From: Macrostomum lignano
Taxonomy: Eukaryota
DNA length: 64,000 nucleotides
Reading direction: 5' to 3'
Assembly (NCBI GenBank): GCA_002269645.1
Contig: NIVC01001795.1
Coordinates: forward strand, 1-64,000
Shown here piece after piece: positions 1 through 12,419 of the stretch (position 1 is the first letter of the stretch; every line of letters starts with the position of its first letter). A model generated the notes under the pieces. That model ran no database searches. It was given only the letters and a program-made list of their open reading frames with translations, and was not told where the DNA came from. A program made the position numbers and the translations under genes.

Positions 1-1786
1 GAGAAAGATTTTTTCTGTTGAGATCATCTGCATGATTTTTCTTGGTTTTATTTGTGCAAACTCAACATTCGGCGGCAATTCAAACAAGGAATCGCCCACC
101 TCACTGGTGTCAGCAAATTTTCAAAAACTGACCAATTTCCAAGAAAAATCTTCTCCACCGCCCACCTCAAAGGTAACTTATTGCACAACACTGGCAAAGA
201 TTTGAGAGTGGGCATGAACTCAAATTTTTTTGGCATGCATTTATAATTATTCAATTTTTGTTTGGGCATGCACACTAGCATGATCTAGACTATGGCGCTT
301 AGCTATAACCATAGCTACTCTCCCTGACCCTGAGAAACTCAACAGCTAGAGCTCCCCTTTATTTTGCACCAAAATTTCTGCCCTGCCCTGAAGTTGTTTG
401 TTCAAATTAAGACTACACCAATTTGAACAGCCCAAAAGTTGACAACAAAAGCTATAAATAGCCAAGAAACTAAGCTTTAGACTATCTGTCCTCAAACCCA
501 TTAAATCAAAATAAAAGATTGAACAAAGCTTAAGATATCTTATTAGTGACTAATTACACCTACAGAATTAAAACAAGATAGTCTATTTCTATTTTGGGAA
601 AGGAATTTTTTTGGCAAAAGATGCTTTAGCAACAGTGAATTTTTTGTTTCTATATAAATTTTGGCAATACCTATAAAATGTGGAATCCACTGCGGAATTG
701 GAATAGAATAGCATAATAAAATGCAGAATCTACAATGAATGGTAAACTGTGGAATCAACTGCGGAGTCTACAACTTGAAATAAAATGCAAAATATTGGAA
801 TCAAAAAATATATATTTTAAATACAAAGGCACACAATGAATTAAGACCACTTAATACAAATTTGAACATTTAATTCCATAACTTTCGCAGATTGCAAGAG
901 CATTTTTATCTAATCAGTTATAGATAACTATAGCATCAATCAATTAAAGTAATGATGTGTTAGGTCATTAATTGCAATTGAATATAGTTAGATAGAGCCC
1001 TTGTCTCATTTTTTGAATATTGTAAGTCAGACAGTAATAAGACCACTTCAATAATTGTGCTAAGGGTGCTATAAAAATGGCCCTACTGATTCTGCAATTT
1101 AAAACATCAAACTCAATACTACTCTAAGCCAAAATGATCTCAAACTCTCCTATAGAATGGGGAAAGCAGAGCTCTATCGTTTGAGTTATGTAGGAAAATC
1201 AAGGCTCTATTAAACCAAGAGTTTCCCAGCGTGCCACAGCCACGCAGCTGGGAAAGTTGAAAATGTGCGTCTAGCAGGCCTCAGGGGTTCCTAGTCATTT
1301 CGTCATCTGCCATTTCATCATCTGGGTGTCTGGGGTGCTCACCTCGACTATGCGTATGGTCACTTTGTCATCTTAATTAACATGCACTACCTGAAGAGAG
1401 TCATTTTGTCATCCACCAATCATATTAGTTCTAACTTCAAGTGAATTATTGTGGCAATTAAATATATTTACTTGGAATCCTAATGATCACAGTCATTTTG
1501 TCATCTCGATTGATAAAACCTGTCGTTTTTTTCAAGCTACTTTGCTTCTGGTCACTTTGGGCCTTTTCATATTGCTTGTTCTGGTTCCAGAACCAGAACC
1601 AATTTGTAAAGTATAACTTTTTGTCTCCATAACTAGAGGGAGATACGTGCTATAAAGTTTTTATTATTGAATGACAATCGCCAAAAAGAAAATGAAAAAT
1701 GGTGCTAAGGGAGCTTGTTAAGGCAGTCAAACATTCAACAGAATTAAATAGTTATACTGCTGTTTTTCTTGGAGATCCGAACTCCT

Positions 1787-2267
1787 TGGGGAAGGCAAGC
1801 AGGGTACAGAAAAGGCAAGCAGGGTGCAGGGAAGGCAATCAGGGTGTGGGGAAGGCAAGCAGGGTGCGGGGAAGGCACGCAGGGTGCGGGGAAGGCAAGG
1901 AGGGTGCGGGGAAGGCAAATAGGGTGCAGGGAAGGCAAGCAGGGTGTGGGGAAGGCAAGCAGCGTGCGGGGAAGGAAAGAAGGGTGTGGGGAAGGCAAGC
2001 AGGGTGTGTGGAAGGCAAGCAGGGTGTGGGGAAAGCAAGGAAAGTGTGGGGAAGGCAAGGAGGGTGCGGGAAAGGCAATCAGGGTGTGGGGAAGGCAAGC
2101 AGGGTGCGGGGAAGGCACGCAGGGTGTGGGGAAGGCAAGGAGGGTGCGGGGAAGGCAAGTAGGGTGCGGGGAAGGCAAGGAGGGTGTGGGGAAGGCAAGT
2201 AGGGTGCGGGGAAGGCAAGCAGCGTGCGGGGAAGGACAGAAGGGTGTGGGGAAGGCAAGGAGGGTGT
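1787..2267 (+). repeat. G-rich 20-bp minisatellite array (unit ~GGGGAAGGCAAGCAGGGTGY), left arm of a large palindrome
   Basis: About 24 tandem copies visible; accounts for all overlapping GKASRVWGRQAGC / LPSPHPACL pseudo-ORFs. Confidence 0.95.
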
Positions 2268-2270
2268 GTG

Positions 2271-2813
2271 ACACCCTGCTTGCCTTCCACACACCCTCTT
2301 TGCCTTCCCCACACCCTCCTTGCTTTCCCCATACCCTGCTTGCCTTCCACACACCCTCTTTGCCTTCCCCACACCCTCATTGCTTTCCCCATACCCTGCT
2401 TGCCTTTCCCACACCCTCCTTGCTTTCTCCACACCCTGCTTGCCTTCCACACACCCTGCTTGCCTTCCCCGCACCCTGCGTGCCTTCCCCGCACCCTGCT
2501 TGCCTTCCCCACACCCTGCTTGCCTTCCCTGCACCCTGCGTGCCTTCCCCGCACCCTGCTTGCCTTCCCCGCACCCTGCTTGCCTTCCCCACGCCCTGCT
2601 GTCTTTCCCCACACCTTGCTGTCCTTCCCCACACCCTGCCGGCCTTAACCACGCCCTGATGGCCTTCTCCACACGTTTGTGGCCTTCCACACAGCCTGCT
2701 TCTTTTCACCATACCATACCCTGCTTGCCTTCCCTGCACCCTGTTCCCTTCCCTATACCCTGCTGGCCTTCTCCACATCCTGCTGGTCTTCCCCACACCC
2801 TGCTACACCCTGG
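2271..2813 (-). repeat. Same 20-bp minisatellite in inverted orientation (C-rich on +), degenerating toward the KDZ gene
   Basis: ACACCCTGCTTGCCTTCCCC units start at 2271 after a 3-nt GTG spacer; units diverge from about 2600 to 2813. Confidence 0.95.
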
Positions 2814-2953
2814 TGAAACTCTGAAGCTTATTTGTTTCATTTTCTTAATGCAATCTTAGCGTCGACCTCTAACAAAGCGTTTTGTGTTGATACTTTTACT
2901 CGTATTTTCTTTGGAAATTATCAGATGTCCACATTTTGCGAATCTGATTTCAG

Positions 2954-5900
2954 CTACATGGAAGACGAAAGCAGTCTGTTGCCAAGACGTCAATAAAGTA
3001 TTGTATTCCTGCGTGTCGTAAGCGAGCACGTATCGTTCGAACGCCGGTGACATCGAAATGTTGCATTCCGTAAGTATAACTGTTCAAATGATTCACATAT
3101 TCTTTCCTTGATCGCTAGTTTTTTCTCTACAGTGATGCCCAGCCTGTATACAACAATGACCCAGCTGAAGAAGAATGGTTGGATATCCAAGACGACCCTA
3201 TCGTTGCGGAAGAATTCAAGACTCATGACGATCGTGCTCAATGCAAGTCAGCAAAGCCAAGCCGTTTCAAGACCTTTTGCAGTGAAGAAAACAACGCTTG
3301 GAATGAGTTATTTCAGTCAGGGGTCCTGACTGTCGGTTTAGCGGGTCACTACAACAAGCGCCCATGTGTCATTTGCGGTTGCAAGACTGAAATATTCCGG
3401 TGCCTTAAGTGTCACTTACTATCGGTCTGCTCCACTTGCTTAGAGGCCCGCCATGCCCATATGCCGCCCCATGCTGTTGAACGCTGGAATGTAAGTTCAT
3501 ACTATTCGGTTCTGCTTTAATTGTGATTATGTTGCTTATATTGTATTAAAGTATATATTTCTATACTGTATTGAATGCCTTCTTACATGCATTGAGTATT
3601 TTCTAAAATATGATACCTAGCAGCAGTGCTCTTTTCTACCCGCTCGACAGGGTGACTTTTTTGAGGCCGTTTCATCACAAGTGCGGCTTTCTCGGCTGTG
3701 CAGCTGTCTTCTCTACAGCGTACTTTCGGTCACTATTGTGACTGATGATGGTAATTCTTGGCTGAATTTTGCATTTTTCCTGTTTGCAATAGCTCACTTT
3801 GTTAACATAACAAGTCACGTGAACGTGAATGCTCTAAGTTGCAATATGACGCCGATTGCTACAAAACAAACATCCTATTTAGGAGACACCGATATTCTAG
3901 CAAGACTTCACCCAATCAATATAAGTGCTCACTACTTCATTTCAGGAATCGAACTGAAAGCCATTCTAGAGATGTGTACATGCACTATGTACCACGCAGC
4001 TCTTCTAGCACACAGATTTTGGCCCTTGCAGCCTCGACCAGAGGGCTCTCGGGAACTGACTGCCGTGTCTATTGAACTGCTACTTCTAATCGATTCGCTG
4101 AATTGCAACTGCACAGCATCGTTGTCTTCCATTTGCAGTGCTATTAGGCGCTCCAAGAAGTCACTGTGGGCGCAGTCATCAACATCAGAAAGTTCTTTAT
4201 CAGAATACACAGCTGGCTATTATTCTGTAATAGTGTGATGCAGCGTTTACAATCAGTCATTCTCATACCTTTAAATTTTAGATCGATTTATTTAGAGCGC
4301 TCAACGTAACTGGGGCGTTCCGGTCTTTCCGCCGTGTGCTGCAGAGCTTTCGATGGGGAAGAAGGCCATCATGTCCAGCATGCTATGTGGTACAAGATCT
4401 TCCTTTCATATATGTATAATCGTACTCTCTCTCTTTGCAATTCGCTGATTGGCTTTTATCTAAATACCATGTACCTTCCGTAGGTTGATTTGGACTCTGA
4501 TGCAGAAAAGAGCAGTCCAATTTTCCTGATGATGGACGCCTGCTTTGGTCTCCGCCATCAGAGAACTGCAGGCAGAGCTACTTCACCAACTCCAAGTGGC
4601 TTTTTCGTTGACTTTGACCTTACTGAAGATCACAACCCCTCTGCAGGACACTGTGCGAACTGGAGAGCAGGTGGAAGAGGTCAAACACTAACGACTGCTG
4701 CAGACCGGGCCAAACTGGACGTGTTTGGGGCCTTTTCTGGTTCCTGCAGACACTCTGCTATACGCTACTTGTCCGACATTACTACTCCAGGCGAACGGTA
4801 ACTAATTGATTGTAATAGAACTTTGTTGCCGGACTAATTAGCCACATTTTTGCATATTGATAGTGGCAGAGTGGTTATTGTTTTATTCAGTGATTTTATA
4901 TTGTTTGCAAACTCTAGGAAGACTTAGTGGGTTGGAGAATAAAGAATGCCTAGCAGTTGGTGTGAGCTGTCGACCAATTAGAAAGGAGAAGGGCTGACAG
5001 AATATTAGCGAAGTAAACAAGAAGTAAACAAGAAAAGTGCAGAGAACTAAGGAATGTATGCTCGTATATAGAAAACGTAAAATGAAAACGAAAGTCGCCG
5101 CAATAGTCACAACGTACGCTTTAATTTAAGTGCAAACTCCGATCAATTCAATCACCAGGCTCAACTACGCCACAACAATGGTTGCCAAAATTTTGGAGGA
5201 CGTTCCTCCAATGGTTCCCGTTGTTGTCTCATACGATATTGGGTGCAAACTGGCTGGTCAGTTTAACGACACTCGGTTGTCATTCGCTGTACCGGCGTTT
5301 TACAATTACGGGCACGTTCTGCGCTGTCAACTGACATATGGAATTTGCTCTATTGCCTCCGTTGGCTTGACCGATGGTGAAAGTGTAGAGAGAGTCTGGG
5401 CGGATCTGCGACGTTTCGGCCCTCAGGTTAAAGAGATGGCGCATGACAATCGGCGCGAATTTCTCAATTATCTTGCCGACAGCATGAATTTTCACTGCAT
5501 TACAAATATCAGTAAGGTTATTATATAGGCTGATTAATTATCTGTATTAATATTATTCCATAGAGTATTGAATTGATACCTTAATGCATGGTTGTTGAAA
5601 TTTTGCGTGAAAAATACGGCAAGCTTAGGCTACACATGCTTTAAGCTTTAAGCTTAAACAGTTTAGGCTACACACTTTTTTCTTTTTAGCTACCTGGCTG
5701 AGTCACCGCCGAACGGTCCAAAAGAAGGCAGTGCAACAATTCGAAGCTGACTTTGCTGCATTTCAAGCGCGCCACAATGTGCCCGGTTAGTCCTGACTCA
5801 CTCCTCATAATTAATCTGTCAATCAAATATTAATAATTTATTACATTAAATATTTGCTGTATCTCCATTAGTGACTCTTGAAGAATTCCTTCAAGAGGCA

Positions 5901-6646
5901 GCCGATTGGAGCAAGAGCTGATCAATGTGCTATCATCTGCGCGTGAGTCATCTTCGTCCAAGTCGGAGACTATCCGGAAACTATTCGGCATTGCCTGCGA
6001 GCGTCAGTATTTACTCAAACATGCGGCAACAGAGCGTGGTCAACGTATGAACAGGCTACTTCGAGTAGCGACAGACAAGCTGCTCCGCAAGACGAAGACA
6101 GTCTGTTCAAAGTTTAACAGCAAAAATCCAACGGACCTACTTGATTGGAATAACTTCATTTCGACAGATGCCTCTGGCTTCCAGCAGCTTATAAATGGAG
6201 GCACTGTCCGTGTCGAGGTCCTAACTCACAAGGTGCAAGCCGTAAAACTTCGCGATCTGTACTTTTGATGCTCGGAAGAATCGCTCCTGGTGACTTCAGA
6301 GGCAAAGCATGTTTATAATTTTCTTTCTGCTGCCGTTCTAACTGTGAGCTCAGAGTTGCAAGCCGCCCGAGATAGCAACAGCCCACTCACTGCAGTATTA
6401 TCTCTTCGGCTAAGTGGTATATTGCGCTAACGCCATGCTCATGAAGCAGCTTTCCCGTTCGGAGCTGTGGCAGAGACACAAGTGGATTCGGAGTCGGGCG
6501 ATTCTCATGACAGTGAATCGGACAATTCGCAAGCTTTATTGTCTGACAGTGACGATGACTCCGAGTTCAACTTGGAAGGTCAACTGGAACAGGGAAAGGC
6601 CGTCAGGGTGTGGGGAATGCCAGCAGGGTATAGTAAAGGCCAATAG
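2954..6646 (+). mobile_element. Intron-containing KDZ (Kyakuja-Dileera-Zisupton) transposase with CxC-type cysteine clusters, apparently inactivated
   Basis: Phase-consistent GT-AG exons: 2954-3069, 3133-3490, 3621-3750, 3793-4226, 4282-4389, 4484-4797, 5159-5511, 5690-5785, 5872-6646. Motifs: CVICGC..FRCLKC..CSTC...H..PPHAVERW; CTC..LL...FWP; CPAC; MMDACF; LDVFGAFSGSCRH..D..PGER; SYDIGC; FAVPAFYNYGH..CQ; GLTDGESVERVW; acidic C-tail. Lesions: 1-nt loss near 5908, TGA 6266-6268, TAA 6428-6430. The first exon and 5' start are uncertain. Confidence 0.85.
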
Positions 6647-8175
6647 GGCATGGGAACAAGTGCTAGGACACGGTAAAAAATCATCAAGATATGGTGATGA
6701 TATCTTAACAGGGTTGGGTAAGGCCATCAGGGTGTGGGGAAGGCAAGCAGGGTGCGGGGAAGGCAAGCAGGGTGTGGGGAAGGACAGAAGGGTGTGGGGA
6801 AGGCAAGCAGGGTGTGGGGAAGGCAAGCAGGGTGTGGGGAAAGCAAGGAAGGTGTGGGGAAGGCAAGCAGCGTGCGGGGAAGGCAAGCAGGGTGCGGGGA
6901 AGGCAAGCAGGGTGCGGGGAAGGCAATCAGGGTGTAGGGAAGGCAAGCAGGGTGCGGGGAAGGCACGCAGGGTGCGGGGAAGGCAAGTAGGGTGCGGGGA
7001 AGGCAAGCAGGGTGTGGGGAAGGCAAGCAGCGTGCGGGGAAGGACAGAAGGGTGTGGGGAAGGCAAGCAGGGTGTGTGGAAGGCAAGCAGGGTGTGGGGA
7101 AAGCAAGGAGGGTGTGGGGAAGGCAAGCAGGGTATGGGGAAAGCAAGGAGGGTGTAGGGAAGGCAAGCAGGGTGTGGGGAAGGCAAGCAGGGTGTGGGGA
7201 AGGCAAGCAGCGTGCGGGAAGGACAGAAGGGTGTTGGGAAGGCAAGCAGGGTGTGTGGAAGGCAAGCAAGGTGTGGGGAAAGCAAGGAGGGTGTGGGGAA
7301 GGCAAGCAGGGTATGGTGAAAGCAAGGAGGGTGCGGGGAAGGACAGCAGGGTGTGGGGAAGGCAAGCAGGGTGTGTGGAAGGCAAGCAGGGTGTGGGGAA
7401 AGCAAGGAGGGTGTGGGGAAGGCAAGCAGGGTATGGGGAAAGCAAGGAGGATGTAGGGAAGGCAAGCAGGGTGTGGGGAAGGCAAGCAGGGTGTGGGGAA
7501 GGCAAGCAGCGTGCGGGGAAGGACAGAAGGGTGTTGGGAAGGCAAGCAGGGTGTGTGGAAGGCAAGCAAGGTGTGGGGAAAGCAAGGAGGGTGTGGGGAA
7601 GGCAAGCAGGGTATGGGGAAAGCAAGGAGGGTGCGGGGAAGGACCGCAGGGTGTGGGGAAGGCAAGCAGGGTATGGGAAAGGGTAGCAGGGACAGAGAGT
7701 AGGGAAGGCCAGCAGGGTATGGAAAGGGCCACCAGGATGTGGGGAAGGCCTGCATTGGTAAGAAAGGGTAGCAGGGTGTGGAAAGCCACTAGGGTATAGT
7801 GAAGGGCAATAGGATATAGAGAAAGCTAGCAGGGTATAGACAAAGGTGGCAGGGTATAGTGAAAAACAGCAAGGTATAGAAAAGGCCACCAGGATGTAGG
7901 GAAGGTCTGCATAGGTAGGGCCTAAGAAAGGGTAGCAGCATATAGGAAGGCCAGTGGGTATAAGGAAGGCTAACAGAATGTGGAAAAGGCTAGCAGGATA
8001 TGGGAAAAGCCAGTAGGGTATAAGAAGGCCAGCATGATATAATGAAGGCTAGCAGGAAATAGTAAAAAGCAGCAAGGTATAGAGAAGGCTAGCAGCAGGA
8101 TATAGACAAAAGTGGCAGGGTATAGTGAAAAATAGCAGGGTATAGAGAAGGCTAGCAGGGTATGTGTGGGGAAGA
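6586..8175 (+). repeat. G-rich 20-bp minisatellite array (same family as 1787-2813), right of the KDZ gene
   Basis: Core 6719-7680 of GGGGAAGGCAAGCAGGGTGY units, with degenerate units at both ends. Confidence 0.95.
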
Positions 8176-10561
8176 AAAAGGTTAAAAAACAAAAATAGAA
8201 CCTTTTAAATACTAAATACTAATTGGCTTAGCCTATAACATAAAATAGTAGAATAGAACCAAATTTAATAATAAACTTTAAAATATAAATAATAACTCCA
8301 TTTATGGAATTTTATGCTAGCAGCTAGTTATACTAGGTATATATAATAGGCTATAGTCTATTAGAACCCTAAATTATGCCTGCTCAATATATCAGTTATA
8401 GCTTTACTAGATAGTTTCTCTCCTAAACTCAGTGTTCAAAAAGTAGGATATATAGCCTTAGATTAGTCACACAGTTATTGAGTTACAAAATTGTGCATAG
8501 GCCTAGCTACAAACTGAGCGCCATCCTATTCCTGTCACGCTTTAAAGTTCACTTAAGTCAGGTCGAGTCTTATTGTTCTCTTGTTCTAATATTAATTCGC
8601 TATTTCAGTGATGTGGAAATAATAAACAGCTAGAGCTACATAAAATAATGTCAAATGTTTCGATACTTGTAACTTTAGAAGTCATCCTAATTATCTAGCA
8701 TTACTGTACTAGAAAATAGTAGTAAAATCGCTACTTTGCATAGTGAATTATATAAAAATGAGCAGAAACGGCTGTTCAAATTTGTGCCATTTTGGGGCCT
8801 AAGTGCGCATACAAAAGGCAATCAATAGCATGCTACCGTATCATATAGCATGACACGGACCGCCTTATAGGCGGTTTTTGCCGTGTTCTATACCGCCTAA
8901 TGTGTATATACGGCTGTTCTGGAATTGGTAATATGAAAAGCCTCTTTGTCATCGGATATGACGAAATGGAATATGCCGACGTGACCACGTGACCCTAGAC
9001 TCTGACTGTAATGATCTTGAATATGGTAGTAAATTACCCCGAGATTACTTGTGCCCAGAAAGATTCAAAAAGTTTATATTTTTTAAACCAAATATACCAA
9101 ATCTTTCATATCTAAAAGGCATTGTTTCTGCCTAATTAAATTTTGAGTACGCCTGGCTTTCTTAATTTTTTCTAAAAATTTCGCGCTTTTTTAATTTAGC
9201 GGTAAATTTGAATAGCGCAAGGCGCTATGGACCGCGTGGCGGAGGCTAATTATTATTGCCTGAGCCAAATTCTTACTACTACTACTAGTACTATAAAAAA
9301 AGTTCTGACTGACTGTTTGCTGCCAAATTGACTTGTCGCTGAATTGACTGTTGCCGCGTCAACCTGTCGCCGAATTAACTGGTTCAATCTGTATATCTCT
9401 ACATATAAATCAACACTTCATTAATAAAACCAAACTATGCTATGTAATACTAATAGGCCTACTATCAAAGGCAAAGTTTTTTAATCAATGTACTAATTTC
9501 GTAACAGATATTTAAAATTTTAAACAGACAATTAAAATAAACATTTAATGTTTTTTGCCAAAGGGGCAAAGATGGTCAAAGCCTCAATGTAGACTTTATT
9601 TTCATAATTTTTTATGCATTTTTAGGCATTCTTTTGATGTAAAACTAAGGGCAAGGTATTATTTTTATAGTTGAAAGAAAATAAAATATATATCAAGAAA
9701 CTATAACTATACTATAGTTTAGCAACAAAAAATTTTTAGTATTATAATTCATTTTAAGTGCTTAAAGCCTCATTTAAAGGTTGAGACATTGTCACATTAT
9801 TGGTATAGTGGCTGTAACCCTCAAAAGGGCCATTTTGACAAAAATTACTTGGCGCGTTAAGTCATTGTAGTCCTAAATTAATTGTGAAGTCAAATTCTTG
9901 CGGAGCAGATTGTGTAGCAGAGCACTTGGCATATAAAGGCAGAGGACTACCGTAAGCTGGTTTATTGTCATTATTAATATGGTTAATGTCAATACAAGCT
10001 TATAGCGTTCTGGGGCACTGGCGGCTGTAGTAGTAGTAGTAGTAAATTTGGCTTAGGCTTAAGGAGCCTGTTTTGCCAGTATAATCCATTGTATTTAGTA
10101 TTTGTTTATAAGGTTAAATTTTTACACGAGTTACGATATTTGTAAAAGTAAGGTATTTAAAAGAGCATCTAGAGTTTTTTTAAATGGTTTTCCAGCTGAT
10201 TAACAACTAACGCCAGAATAACAAGATTCTAAGCAGGGAAAAATAAAAAATCAATGTTGTATATGTATATATATATATTAGATATTAGTTAGATATTAAC
10301 AAATATAACAAATATCAAGTATAATTAAGGATAGCTCTACAATAATAGGCAATTTTTGTAAAAAGATATAATATTTTTGAAAGCGTGTGATATTTCAAAG
10401 CGTGAAAAACAAACATAAACATAAGCTACTTCGAACAAACTTAGCATCTAACGAGTAACAATGATTTCAATAGGAAATTAAAAAAGACAATAAATGAATA
10501 AATAACTGAAAAGCAGATTTGTTACACTGCTAATGTATCTGATTCAGTTTGTTTAACTGTT

Positions 10562-10912
10562 TTAGCTATTCATGACTTCATATATTTTAGCTACACCAGT
10601 GAGTTCTTTTCTGACTCTTTTTTCATTTGTAGAATATCCTATCTTGTGTATTTGATCACCATATAAAAGGTATTGACAGAAGTATTTTTTCCTGATCTCT
10701 TCAGTTTGTAGACATTCGGTCAAGTAGTGTAGGATGTCAGAACCATTTTGTGCTCCACACATTTTACATGGTTCTTGAGAAAAAAGTTGAGTGTAATCTG
10801 GCATTTCAGTTTTAGGTGGGTTGTTAAAAAATTTTTTGTTTCTAAATGTGCATGGAAAGTAATCTGAAAGGTCAGGCCTGCAGATTTTTTTGTATTTTTT
10901 TGGCTGCAACAA
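10562..10912 (-). mobile_element. Probable 3' remnant of a non-LTR retrotransposon ORF2 (CCHC-type knuckle)
   Basis: CKMCGAQNGSDILHYLTEC matches the CxxC..H....C motif at LINE ORF2 C-termini; no RT domain upstream. Confidence 0.5.
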
Positions 10913-11269
10913 TGGGTTGATGTAATTGAAATTATGAAGTCAAGTAGTTGACAAAGGATGCAGTGGCGAGGCAATGTAGTAAGTGATGGCGGTGAGCACA
11001 GTGATGGCAGTGAGTAGCAAGTAGACAAGCAGACAGGTAGTGGCGGGATTGGGCGTTAGCCTATGGCAGTACAAGGTGGAGCAAGAATGTGTAAACAAGT
11101 CTGGCCCAGACGGAGTGGAGCTGTGGCAAGAGATAAAAAGAGAGAGGGAAAGGAAGAAAAGGAAGGAACGCAAGTGAAGACCCCCCAGTCCGCCGCCAGG
11201 CAGGGTTAATAAAGGAGCGCAGGAGGGTTAGCATAATATATGCGGAGAGTTATCATTGGCTGGCACTGA

Positions 11270-11710
11270 CTAAAAAGGGACTAGTGCACTAAATAAATAA
11301 ATTATACTAACTAAAATGGGGATTATTGCACTATCTGAGAAAGGACTATTGTATTGCACTAGCTTAGAAAGGGATTATTGTGCTAGTTAAGATACAGGTC
11401 AATGCATTTAATAATTTGATAAAAAATAATGCACTTGATAAGTAAAGAATTATTGCACTTGATGAGAAAAGGATTATTGCACTAAGGGATATTGCACTAG
11501 ACAGGGATTATTGCATTGGCTTAAAACAGAACTATTGCACTGGCTAAGAAATTGATTATTGTAGTAGATAAAAATGATTTTTGCATTAGCTGAAAAAAGG
11601 ATTATTGCACTAGCTAGGAAATGATTATTGTGGTAGTTGAGACATGGATTATTGCATAATCTGAGAAAGCAATTTAATTGCATTAGCTAAAGAAATAGTT
11701 GCATTAGCTA
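11270..11710 (+). repeat. Degenerate ~30-bp tandem repeat with ATTATTGCACT core
   Basis: GGATTATTGCA(C/T)T(A/G)GC recurs about 12 times at roughly 30-bp spacing. Confidence 0.7.
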
Positions 11711-12419
11711 CTTGCTGACTGACTGACTTGTCTGACTATTATAGCTGTAAGACTATTATATAGTAAATAAATATATACTATATACATGTATACAATCCAA
11801 TATACTAAAAATGGTCTGTCTGTGTCTATCTATGTGATCGATTAAAGAAAAAATGGCTGGACCGATTTTGTTCGAACTTTCACTGTTCGATCAGAAATTT
11901 TCCCGTGACGGTACATGCATCGTGGCTAAGAAATTGCTCGATGCTAAAGGCATTAAATATTCGAAAAACATGCTTTTTTGCAAAGGTCAAGCAAACTTTT
12001 CGACTTGAAATGCATTGTAAGAATGCTAGAGAAAAAACTGACTGGTTGAATTCTGATTCTGAAATAGATTGCATCATAACTGAATTGTAACTCCGACTTG
12101 AATTGAAAATGCAGTGTGGAAGCATAGCACCAGACTTGATTTAAATTTCGTAATCATATTTATTGTTAACTGATACTGACTGACTGAGAAACTGATTATG
12201 ACATAATTGCTTCGTGTGATTTACTCTATGCTTGGATTTTAAAGTGTTGAATTATATAAGTGCAAAATTTGATGTTATCAAAACGATGAGAGCTAGACTA
12301 GAGGTAAACAGACTGAACTGCTAAATGCAGCGACGATGGTTCGAATTTTCATAGAGTATAATTTTTTTAATTAAAGCTTTTCAACATCAGGAAAACTAAA
12401 ATACTTTTAAGAAGAAGCG

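Noticed and set aside
1699-2859. GKASRVWGRQAGC / LPSPHPACL ORFs, also at 6414-7889
   Set aside because: Translations of a 20-bp minisatellite in all frames and on both strands
8860-9385. Hairpin ACCGCCT-TAT-AGGCGGT, GGCGGAGGCTAAT end motif and GTCGCCGAATTGAC-like repeats suggesting Helentron or MULE ends
   Set aside because: Could not pair the ends or find a TSD; too fragmentary to call
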